DNA of 64,000 bases from Dehalococcoidia bacterium (lineage in GTDB: Bacteria; Chloroflexota; Dehalococcoidia; Lucifugimonadales; UBA3495). A model generated the notes under the pieces. It was not told where the DNA came from. It worked only from the letters and a program-made list of their open reading frames with translations, and ran no database searches. Shown here one piece after another: positions 36,358 through 47,093 of the stretch (position 1 is its first letter; every line of letters starts with the position of its first letter). Location of the stretch: positions 1,986,334-2,050,333 of the forward strand of contig OZ241860.1 of NCBI GenBank assembly GCA_965203195.1, in the 5' to 3' direction. A program made the position numbers and the translations under genes.

Positions 36358-37749
36358 TCAGGCCGCAATCCCCATTTCCCGCAGGCGGGCCAGCAGGTAT
36401 TCCTGCGATCGGACGCCCTTGACGCGGTTGCAGTGGCCGCAGAGGAGTTGCAGGTTTTCAATGTGGTCGGCGCCGCCGGCGGACTGGGGGATGATGTGGT
36501 CAACCTCCATATGCCGGAACTCAAAGGCGGAGCGGCAGCCCCGGCAGCGGCCCTCCTGCTGCCCAAAGAGGATGTGCCGGTTCTGGCGGTAGGGGCGGGG
36601 CGCGTCAATGTCAGTGCGGCGGGGTATGTCGGCGCGGGCGGTTACCAGGCGGTTGTGAAAGAGGTTGCCCATTGACTGCCGCAAGCGCATATTGACCAGC
36701 TCCACGGCCTTGGGCGAGATGTCAATGCCAATCCAGCGGCGGCCCAGCTGCTCGGCGGCCACGCAGGCGGTGGCGCAGCCGCAGAACGGGTCCAGCACTA
36801 CATCGCCGGGGTTGGACGAGGCTTTGATGATGCGTTCCAGCAGGGCCAGCGGCTTTTGCGTGGGATAGCCGATGCGCTCTTTGGCTTGGGATGCAATGGG
36901 CGATATGTCCGTCCAAATATCCTGCAACGGCACGCCGGGCATTTCATCAAGATAACGCTTATATTGAGGCACACCTCCCGGCCTTCTCTGGACTATCCGG
37001 CCCTCGTCAATCAGTTCCTGCATTCGCGCTTCGCTGTAACGCCAGTACCGGGTCACTCCCATCATTTCGTAATGCGGGTTGCCTTTGGAGGCACCGCCGG
37101 GGGCGGTCAGATCGCTCAGCCTGTAACGGCGGTTGGTTCCCGGCTCTGTGTACCTGTAGAACTTGGCTACATACTCCGGGTTATAGGCCGTATAGACCGG
37201 GTTCCAGTTCCATTGGTCCGACTTGGTGTAAAAAAGCAGGATGTCGTGAATGCGGCCATGCTGCCGTCGGCCTTGTCGGGTATCGCTATGGGCGTTAGTG
37301 CGCCGCCAGGTAATTTCGCTGCGGAAATTGCCGGCGCCGTAGATGCTGTCCAGCAGCAGTTTGAGGTAATGGCCGGCGGTGGGGTCGCAGTGCAGGTAGA
37401 TGGAGCCGGTGTCTTTCAGCACGCGGCGCATTTCCAGCAGTCGGACGGCCATCATACAGAGGTAGGATTGCATTCCCTTGCCGTGGGTGAGGCCGGCGGC
37501 GGCCAGGGCCTGGTAGAGGGCGGGCTGTTGGTCGGCGACTAGGCCCATCCAGGCGGTGTCCAGGTCGGACAGGGTCCAGGTGTCCTTGAAGGCGGCGCCG
37601 GCGGCGGCGCTGCCCACGGGGGCGGCGTAGTTGCGGTTGGAGTTGAAGGGCGGGTCGAGGTAGATGAGGTCAACCGAGGCGGAGTTGAGGCCGCGCAGGA
37701 TGTCCAGGTTGTCGCCCGTCCAGATGGTTTTGTCGGCGAAGTTGGTCAT
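36358..37749 (-). CDS. beta-class N4/N6 DNA methyltransferase fused to a C-terminal HNH endonuclease domain (copy 2)
   Basis: Motif IV LIYLDPPFNSNRNY, motif I VLDPFCGCATACVAA, C-terminal CRGCRSAFEFRHMEVDHIIPQSAGGADHIENLQLLCGHCNRVKG. Confidence 0.85.
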   Translation of the reverse strand: MTNFADKTIWTGDNLDILRGLNSASVDLIYLDPPFNSNRNYAAPVGSAAAGAAFKDTWTLSDLDTAWMGLVADQQPALYQALAAAGLTHGKGMQSYLCMMAVRLLEMRRVLKDTGSIYLHCDPTAGHYLKLLLDSIYGAGNFRSEITWRRTNAHSDTRQGRRQHGRIHDILLFYTKSDQWNWNPVYTAYNPEYVAKFYRYTEPGTNRRYRLSDLTAPGGASKGNPHYEMMGVTRYWRYSEARMQELIDEGRIVQRRPGGVPQYKRYLDEMPGVPLQDIWTDISPIASQAKERIGYPTQKPLALLERIIKASSNPGDVVLDPFCGCATACVAAEQLGRRWIGIDISPKAVELVNMRLRQSMGNLFHNRLVTARADIPRRTDIDAPRPYRQNRHILFGQQEGRCRGCRSAFEFRHMEVDHIIPQSAGGADHIENLQLLCGHCNRVKGVRSQEYLLARLREMGIAA

Positions 37750-37764
37750 AGTGATTGCCTGGCT

Positions 37765-38138
37765 TCACCCGTTGCGGGCCAGGCCCGGCGCGGCCAGAGG
37801 TTCCATTATGTCCAGGAATCGCTCCAAATCGAGCAGGTCGCCGGCCACGTTCGCGGCATTATCCCAGTTCTCATAAAAATTTGCCTCGAGGCTGATGGCA
37901 ACCTGGAACAGGACCGGATGTCGTCGTCGCCGGTTTCGGAGGCCAGCCGGGAGATGACATTATAGAGGGCGGCATGGTCGTGATGCGCCCAACCGCGTCG
38001 CACGGCCACGGATTTGACGATTTGGGCGGCGGCGGCCCAGCCCTTTTGGGATGCCTGGCGGGTGTCGCCGGCGGCGAGTTCCTCACGCGCCTGCGTCAGC
38101 AGGTGCCGGCTGGCGGTCTGATAAGTTTGCGCTACCAT
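37765..38138 (-). pseudogene. HEPN-like (PaREP1-type) paralogue 1, frameshifted
   Basis: Same N-terminus as paralogues 2-4 (MVAQTYQTASRHLL...). A 1-nt deletion within 37903-37920 relative to paralogue 4 shifts the frame. The shifted frame restores LFQVAISLEANFYENWDNAANVAGDLLDLERFLDIMEPLAAP. Confidence 0.7.
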
Positions 38139-38148
38139 AGATTGCCTC

Positions 38149-38505
38149 CTACGGCGTGGCCAGCGGTTCCAGCTGGTCCAGGAACTGTGCGATGTCGTCA
38201 AGACTGTCGGCCACGTTCGCGGCGTTATTCCAGTTTTCGTGGAAGTTCACCTGGAGGTTGCCGGCAACGTCGAACAGCCGCCGTATGTCCTCGTCTCCGG
38301 TTTCGTCCGCCAGTCTCCGGATGACGCGATACAGGGCGGCATGGTCGTGATGCGCCCAGCCGCGCGTTTCGGCTACGGATTTGACGATTTGGGCGGCGGC
38401 GGCCCAGCCCTTTTCGGATGCCTGGCGGGTATCGCCAGCGGCGAGTTCCTCATGCGCCTGCGCCAGCAGGTGGCGGCTGGCGGTCTGGTAGGTTTGGGCT
38501 ACCAT
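38149..38505 (-). CDS. HEPN-like (PaREP1-type) paralogue 2
   Basis: 118 aa: MVAQTYQTASRHLLAQAHEELAAGDTRQASEKGWAAAAQIVKSVAETRGWAHHDHAALYRVIRRL.... GGAGGC lies upstream. Confidence 0.75.
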   Translation of the reverse strand: MVAQTYQTASRHLLAQAHEELAAGDTRQASEKGWAAAAQIVKSVAETRGWAHHDHAALYRVIRRLADETGDEDIRRLFDVAGNLQVNFHENWNNAANVADSLDDIAQFLDQLEPLATP

Positions 38506-38515
38506 AGATTGCCTC

Positions 38516-38872
38516 CTACGGCGCGGCCAGCGGTTCCAGCCGGTCCACAAACCGCTCAATTCGGGACAGGGCGCCGGCTACGTTTTCGGCGTTGTCCCAA
38601 TTTTCGTAAAAGTTGGTGTGGAGGGCGTTGGCGATATGGAACAGGTCGCGGATGTCGCCATCGCCGGTTTCGTTGGTCAGGCGCCTGACGACGCGATACA
38701 GGGCGGCATGGCTACCGTGTTCCCATCCGCGTCGCGCGGCTACGGATTTGACGATTTGGGCGGCGGCGCCCCAGCCTTTTTCGGAGGCTTGGCGGGTGTC
38801 GCCGGCGGCGAGTTCCTCATGCGCCTGCGCCAGCAAATGCCGGCTGGCGGTCTGATAGGTTTGCGCTACCAT
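38516..38872 (-). CDS. HEPN-like (PaREP1-type) paralogue 3
   Basis: 118 aa, same pattern (…VAARRGWEHGSHAALYRVVRRL…). GGAGGC lies upstream, with a 10-nt spacer to the next gene. Confidence 0.75.
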   Translation of the reverse strand: MVAQTYQTASRHLLAQAHEELAAGDTRQASEKGWGAAAQIVKSVAARRGWEHGSHAALYRVVRRLTNETGDGDIRDLFHIANALHTNFYENWDNAENVAGALSRIERFVDRLEPLAAP

Positions 38873-38882
38873 AGATTGCCTC

Positions 38883-39239
38883 CTACGGCGTAGCCAGCGG
38901 TTCCAGCTTATCCAGGAACTGTGCGATGTCATCCAGGTCGCCGTCCACGCTCACGCCGGGTATCCAGTTTTCGTAGAAATTTGCCTCGAGGCTGATGGCA
39001 ACGTTGAACAGCCGGCGTATATCGTCGTCGCCGGTTTCAGCGACCAGCCTGGAGATGACGATAAAGAGGGCGGCGTGGTCGTGATGCGCCCAACCGCGCG
39101 TTTCGGCTACGGATTTGACGATTTGGGCGGCGGCGGCCCAGCCCTTATGGGATGCCTGGCGGGTGTCGCCGAGATACAAATCCGCGCGGGCTTGCGCCAG
39201 CAGGTGACGGCTGTCGGCTGGGCAGGTTGGCATTGCCAT
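38883..39239 (-). CDS. HEPN-like (PaREP1-type) paralogue 4
   Basis: 118 aa with a divergent N-terminus (MAMPTCPADSRHLLAQARADLYLGDTRQASHKGW...). The remainder is conserved. Confidence 0.75.
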   Translation of the reverse strand: MAMPTCPADSRHLLAQARADLYLGDTRQASHKGWAAAAQIVKSVAETRGWAHHDHAALFIVISRLVAETGDDDIRRLFNVAISLEANFYENWIPGVSVDGDLDDIAQFLDKLEPLATP

Positions 39240-39350
39240 AGGTCAATCCATGCTGGCAGCGGTACGGACGGCGTTGCCATCCGGTCTGCGGGGCGTACGC
39301 AGAGCGTGGTTGGGCCGGTTCAAGGTTAGCCTGTTTCAGGGAAGTTCCGG

Positions 39351-39716
39351 CTAGGCTTCGAGGGCCTTGGCCAGCTTCGCCAAAGTGGCCTTCGGGTTGA
39401 GCGCGGAGCGGCGCGCCAGCTGGTGCAAGTGGCGCAGCCGGAGGGCCTGTTCGCCGGTTGCGAGACTCTCATTCGAAAGCGTCGCGAATTTGTGGCTGGT
39501 CTCCAAAACCTCGGCCGTGTAGCCGTCATCGTCAAAAATTTCAAGCTGATGGCGGGCCGCAGGAGAGTATTTGCCGGTACTCAACTCCCGCACCACAACC
39601 GCGATGGTATCTACGGATGTCACGAACGCGTCGTTGGTCACGGAAGGACGCCAGCGCAATTTCCCGTCATCGGTTTGCCGGATCAATCCTTCCAAAATCC
39701 GGTCCATTTCGCTCAT
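39351..39716 (-). CDS. hypothetical 121-aa protein
   Basis: Clean ORF, translationally coupled (ATGA overlap) to the upstream TM-protein gene. I recognise no motif in it. Confidence 0.55.
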   Translation of the reverse strand: MSEMDRILEGLIRQTDDGKLRWRPSVTNDAFVTSVDTIAVVVRELSTGKYSPAARHQLEIFDDDGYTAEVLETSHKFATLSNESLATGEQALRLRHLHQLARRSALNPKATLAKLAKALEA

Positions 39717-40237
39717 CTCGTGTCCTCCTGTTGATTGCCAAAGCCCAAGTCGCTGGCCAATTCCTCCAGGTCGCTCTGTATCAGGTTCAGTATCCGATAC
39801 AGCAACGCCGTGTCAGGTTCCTCACCGGGTTGTCCGAAGTGCGCTGCAACGAGGTTTTCCATCTCCCTGACAGCGACTATGGCGTCGGACAACCGGGCTT
39901 GGAACCCGGTTTGACCCTCCGGGCAGCGTTTGCGGATGTCGGACAGCATTTGCCGCAGCGACTGGTACTGCTCCAGAGCCGCATCCCACCGGCGGGCGCC
40001 GTGCAGGATTTTGATGCGCTGGATGAGAGCTATGGCGCGTTGCAGATCTACCGCTTGCAGATGGCGGGCGATGTCGCTGCGCGTTTCGTTGGCCGCGGCG
40101 CGCGCCGCCTGCGATGCGGAGCGGGCGCCCCGCGCCTCGATGATGGCCCACGCCAGCCCGGCAAGCGAAACGACCACGCCTGTAACGCTGGCTAAACTCC
40201 CCCAGTTGTCCGCCAAGTATCCCATCAGGTATTCCAT
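39713..40237 (-). CDS. hypothetical N-terminally membrane-anchored helical protein
   Basis: The start is taken at ATG 40237 (MEYLMGYLADNWGSLASVTGVVVSLAGLAWAII), giving one predicted TM helix and then a helical soluble domain. The track start 40399 adds an Arg/Cys-rich leader. Confidence 0.5.
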   Translation of the reverse strand: MEYLMGYLADNWGSLASVTGVVVSLAGLAWAIIEARGARSASQAARAAANETRSDIARHLQAVDLQRAIALIQRIKILHGARRWDAALEQYQSLRQMLSDIRKRCPEGQTGFQARLSDAIVAVREMENLVAAHFGQPGEEPDTALLYRILNLIQSDLEELASDLGFGNQQEDTR

Positions 40238-40326
40238 AATGCGAGGCCCAATATAGCGCCATCCCCACATACTGGCAAGGCATACTGGCAAGCAGCATTC
40301 CGGCAAGCCGGGCGGGCGCGGCGCGG

Positions 40327-40353
40327 TTGCGCTGCCCGTCTCTGTGCTAGAAT
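40327..40353 (+). promoter_or_regulatory. candidate promoter for the LLM oxidoreductase gene
   Basis: TTGCGC, N15, then tgcTAGAAT (extended -10-like), 84 nt upstream of ATG 40437. Confidence 0.35.
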
Positions 40354-40436
40354 GACGCCGGCAACGGCAGCGCCAACGCCCGCGCCATCCCGCGCTCAAC
40401 CCGTCCCCCGTCCCCCAACTTGCCAGGAGGCACTAT

Positions 40437-41603
40437 ATGACCGCCCCCGCCCGTATGAAATTCGGCGTATTTATGGCCCCTTTCCACCGGGTTGGCGAAA
40501 ACCCCACCCTCGCCCTGGAACGGGATCTGGAGCTGCTCCAGTGGCTGGACCATCTGGGCTACGATGAAGCCTGGATTGGCGAGCACCACAGCGCCGGCTG
40601 GGAAACCATCGCCTCCCCCGAAGTGTTTATGGCCACTGCCGCCGAGCGCACCCGCAACCTGCGCCTGGGCACGGGCGTGGTCAGCCTGCCCTACCACCAT
40701 CCCTATATGGTTGCCAACCGGATGGCGCTGCTGGACCACCTCACCCGCGGGCGGGTAATGCTGGGCGTGGGCCCCGGCGCTTTGGCCTCGGACGCCTATA
40801 TGTTCGGCATCGACCCGGCCCGGCAGCGGGAGATGATGGACGAGTCCCTGGGCGTCATCAAGCGGCTGATGGACAGCCCCGAACCGTACACTTATAAAAG
40901 CGACTGGTTTGAGCTGCACGACGCGCATCTCCAGCTGCGGCCTTACCAACAGCCCTTCCCGCTGGTGGTGGCGTCGGTGCAGTCGCCGGCCGGGGTGACT
41001 ACGGCGGGCAAGTACGGCGCCGGCGTCATTTCGTTGAGCGTGCCCCGCGATATGGTGCGTTCCACCAGCCTCAAGGATCAGTGGGCCATCGCCGAGGAAA
41101 CCGCCGCCGAACATGGGCAGACGGTGAAGCGCGCGGAATGGCGCCTCTCCGTGGGCGTCCACCTGGCGGAGAGCAAGAAGCAGGCGATGGCGGACATCCG
41201 CGAAGGCTCCGCCCGGGTAGTTACCGAATACTTCGGCAACACCCTGGGCCACGAAGTGCCGGATGTGCCGCGCGACCAGATCGTTGACTTTATGACCGAC
41301 AACAAGCAGTGGATTGTAGGCACGCCCGACGACTGCATCCAGCGTATCAACGAGCTGCAAGAGCTGTCCGGCGGCTTCGGCGGGATGCTGGTGCGGGTGG
41401 AGGACTGGGCGCCGCGGGACAAGCTGCATCGTTCCTACGAGCTGCTGGCGCGCTATGTGATGCCGCAGTTCCAGGGCACATTGACCGGCATACAGACTTC
41501 GCAGCAGTGGGCCGCCAACCTGCGGGAAACCTTGCAGGTCAACCGGCGCGCCGGCCTGGAACGCGCCACCCAAACCTACGAAGCGTCCCGCCGCGCATCC
41601 TGA
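40437..41603 (+). CDS. LLM-class (luciferase-like) flavin-dependent oxidoreductase
   Basis: MKFGVFMAPFH...LGYDEAWIGEHHSAGWE... is typical of luciferase-like monooxygenases. AGGAGG lies upstream of ATG 40437. Confidence 0.8.
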   Translation: MTAPARMKFGVFMAPFHRVGENPTLALERDLELLQWLDHLGYDEAWIGEHHSAGWETIASPEVFMATAAERTRNLRLGTGVVSLPYHHPYMVANRMALLDHLTRGRVMLGVGPGALASDAYMFGIDPARQREMMDESLGVIKRLMDSPEPYTYKSDWFELHDAHLQLRPYQQPFPLVVASVQSPAGVTTAGKYGAGVISLSVPRDMVRSTSLKDQWAIAEETAAEHGQTVKRAEWRLSVGVHLAESKKQAMADIREGSARVVTEYFGNTLGHEVPDVPRDQIVDFMTDNKQWIVGTPDDCIQRINELQELSGGFGGMLVRVEDWAPRDKLHRSYELLARYVMPQFQGTLTGIQTSQQWAANLRETLQVNRRAGLERATQTYEASRRAS

Positions 41604-41888
41604 CGCCTCGCGCCGGGCCGGCCATGCCGCGCAACGGGAAACTCGCCCGCCGGCCGGCCCGCGCGCGCCGCAGCGATCCTCCGTATTACGGGTACCGCGC
41701 ATTGCCGGCCCCGGCGCGGCGCCGCCGAATGCGTCCGCTCAGATCCCCGGCGGATACGGGCGGGCCGGCGCATTGCGCCGCCGCATACAGTATGAATATA
41801 GTGTAGTATATTGATTGTCCGTGGCCTATTGAGAACGATTCCCCATTCCCCGGCGGCAGCGCCGGCAATGAACGCGAGGGCAGGAACT

Positions 41889-43346
41889 ATGCGGAAGACC
41901 AAAATCATCGCCACCATCGGCCCCAAGTCCAACTCCCCCGAAGCGCTCAGCCAGCTGGTCGCCGCCGGCATGGATGTGGCGCGCCTCAACTTTTCTCACG
42001 GCACCCTGGAGGAACACGCCGCCGTCATTGCCAACGTGCGCGCGGCCTCCCGCCAGCACAACCGCCCCGTGGCCGTCCTGCAAGACCTCGGCGGCAACAA
42101 GTTCCGGCTGGGGCATATGGCCCAAGCCATCCAGCTCAATGTGGGCGACAGCGTGTCCATCGTCAACGAAAACGCTTCCGACGACGCCGGCCGCCTTCCT
42201 TTCCCGGAACCCGCCATTCTCCGCAACCTGCGCCCCGGCAACCGCGTGTTCCTCTCCGACGGCACCGTATGCCTGGAAGTGCAGGACATCGCCGCCGACC
42301 TGGAAATCAAAACCAGAGTCCTCATCGGCGGCAACCTGTCCTCTTACAAGGGCGTCAACCTGCCCGACGTTTCGATGGATATGCCCGTCATCACCGAAAG
42401 CGACAAAATCGCCCTGCAATTCGGCGTGGAACAGGGCGTGGACTGGGTTGCGCTCTCTTTCGTCCGCACCGGCGAGGACGTGCGTTACGCCCGCGCCTAC
42501 CTTAACCAGCTCAACAGCCGCGCCCCGGTAATGGCCAAGCTGGAGCGCCGGGAATGCGTGGACAACCTGGACGACATTCTCCACGCGGTGGAAGGCATCA
42601 TGGTCGCCCGCGGCGACCTGGGCGTGGAAATGCCGATGGAGGAGGTTCCCGGCATCCAGAAAAAAATGGTGCGCCGCGCCAACGAACTGGGCAAAATATC
42701 CTCCGTAGCCACCCAAATGCTGCGCTCCATGGTCAACTCGCCCACGCCCACCCGCGCCGAAATCTCGGACATCCACAACGCCGTGCTGGACGGCTGCGAT
42801 TCCATCCTCCTCTCCGACGAAATCGCCGTGGGCAACCACCCCGTAGAAGCCGTGCAAATCGCCGCTTCCACCATCGTTGAGGCGGAAAAGTCCTACGACT
42901 ACTACAAAGAGTTCCCTCAGCAGAACGGCCAGACCCAGGCCATTACCGGCGCCGCCGCGCGGCTCATCCAGTCCCTGGACGCCAAGCCCATCGTCATCAC
43001 CAGCACCGGGCGCGCGGCCTACGAAATGTGCCGCTTCCGCCCAGAGAACGACATCCTCGTCTTTTCCCACGAGGAAAGCGTGCAGCCCCGCGTGTGCATG
43101 GCCTGGGGTCTGGCCCCCAAGGGCGTCATTCCCGTGGAGCCCGATGTGGCCCGTCTGGTGGCTCGCCTGGTGGACGCCGCCCTGGCTACCGGGCTGGTCT
43201 CCGAATCCGACACTGCCGTCCTGGTGTACGGCTTCCTGCCCGGCGTCTCCGGCACGACCAACACCATCCAGGTGCTCAACATCCGCGAGTACCTGGACCA
43301 CATCGGACGCAGCGCCGTTCCCCACGCCGCCCCGGTTCCCGCCTAG
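41889..43346 (+). CDS. pyk: pyruvate kinase
   Basis: MRKTKIIATIGPKSNSPE...GMDVARLNFSHG...MVARGDLGVEMP. Confidence 0.95.
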   Translation: MRKTKIIATIGPKSNSPEALSQLVAAGMDVARLNFSHGTLEEHAAVIANVRAASRQHNRPVAVLQDLGGNKFRLGHMAQAIQLNVGDSVSIVNENASDDAGRLPFPEPAILRNLRPGNRVFLSDGTVCLEVQDIAADLEIKTRVLIGGNLSSYKGVNLPDVSMDMPVITESDKIALQFGVEQGVDWVALSFVRTGEDVRYARAYLNQLNSRAPVMAKLERRECVDNLDDILHAVEGIMVARGDLGVEMPMEEVPGIQKKMVRRANELGKISSVATQMLRSMVNSPTPTRAEISDIHNAVLDGCDSILLSDEIAVGNHPVEAVQIAASTIVEAEKSYDYYKEFPQQNGQTQAITGAAARLIQSLDAKPIVITSTGRAAYEMCRFRPENDILVFSHEESVQPRVCMAWGLAPKGVIPVEPDVARLVARLVDAALATGLVSESDTAVLVYGFLPGVSGTTNTIQVLNIREYLDHIGRSAVPHAAPVPA

Positions 43347-43478
43347 CCGCCTAAACCTTACCGCCCGACCCTGGCACCGGACGCCGCCCGGTGTCCGGGC
43401 CGGCCCCACACCTGCCCAAGACACACCGGCATCCCACCGCATTGCCCCTCGCCTCTGCCGCCACAACGGAGACCCGCA

Positions 43479-43835
43479 ATGACCTATTCCGAATACGCCC
43501 GCTGCGCCCGCAAGTTCCTTGTCGACTCCGACCGCGAATTCGCCGTCGGCGAAAGGCAGCAGGCATCCGAAAAGCTCTACGGCGCCGCCAACGAAGCCCT
43601 TACCGCCGTCGCAATCCGGCGCGGCTGGAAATACCGCACCCACCGGGATATGAAAAACGCCGCCCAGCGACTGGCCGCCGAGCTGGACGACCCCTTCCTG
43701 GTAGGCGGGTTCGGCCTCGCCGAAAAATTCCACAAAAACTTTTTCCACGACGAAATGGAGGACTACGAAATCGCATCCGACCGCCCCTACGTTCATCTGT
43801 ATGTCAACCGGGTGCTGGCCCTGCTGGATGGCTAA
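43479..43835 (+). CDS. solitary divergent HEPN-like (PaREP1-type) protein
   Basis: 118 aa: ...DREFAVGERQQASEKLYGAANEALTAVAIRRGWKYRTHRDM...AEKFHKNFFHD. It has the same length and helix pattern as the 38-39 kb array. Confidence 0.65.
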   Translation: MTYSEYARCARKFLVDSDREFAVGERQQASEKLYGAANEALTAVAIRRGWKYRTHRDMKNAAQRLAAELDDPFLVGGFGLAEKFHKNFFHDEMEDYEIASDRPYVHLYVNRVLALLDG

Positions 43836-43848
43836 CACCCAAACGGCG

Positions 43849-43877
43849 ATGACATCCCCGCCCCAATAGGCTATAAT
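43849..43877 (+). promoter_or_regulatory. candidate ileS promoter
   Basis: ATGACA (43849-43854), N17, TATAAT (43872-43877), 39 nt upstream of ATG 43917. Confidence 0.5.
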
Positions 43878-43916
43878 CCCGTTCTAACCGCAAACTGCCA
43901 CCGAGGTATCCCGGCT

Positions 43917-47087
<3,171 letters not shown>

Positions 47088-47093
47088 TCCGCG

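Noticed and set aside
37765-39239. Possible CRISPR array, given the regular repeats
   Set aside because: The period is about 367 bp and each unit is a complete protein-coding gene with an SD and an ATG. No short repeat-spacer structure exists here or anywhere else in the window.
28757-40400. Prophage or integrative element with integrase
   Set aside because: No integrase, recombinase, phage structural gene or tRNA attachment site was seen. The only dedicated mobility genes are the IS transposases.
41826-43838. 670-aa minus-strand ORF
   Set aside because: It is antisense to pyruvate kinase and the solitary HEPN-like gene. It is a shadow ORF.
43836-43916. T-box leader upstream of ileS
   Set aside because: The candidate promoter leaves a UTR of only about 39 nt. 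No specifier or T-box sequence is visible.
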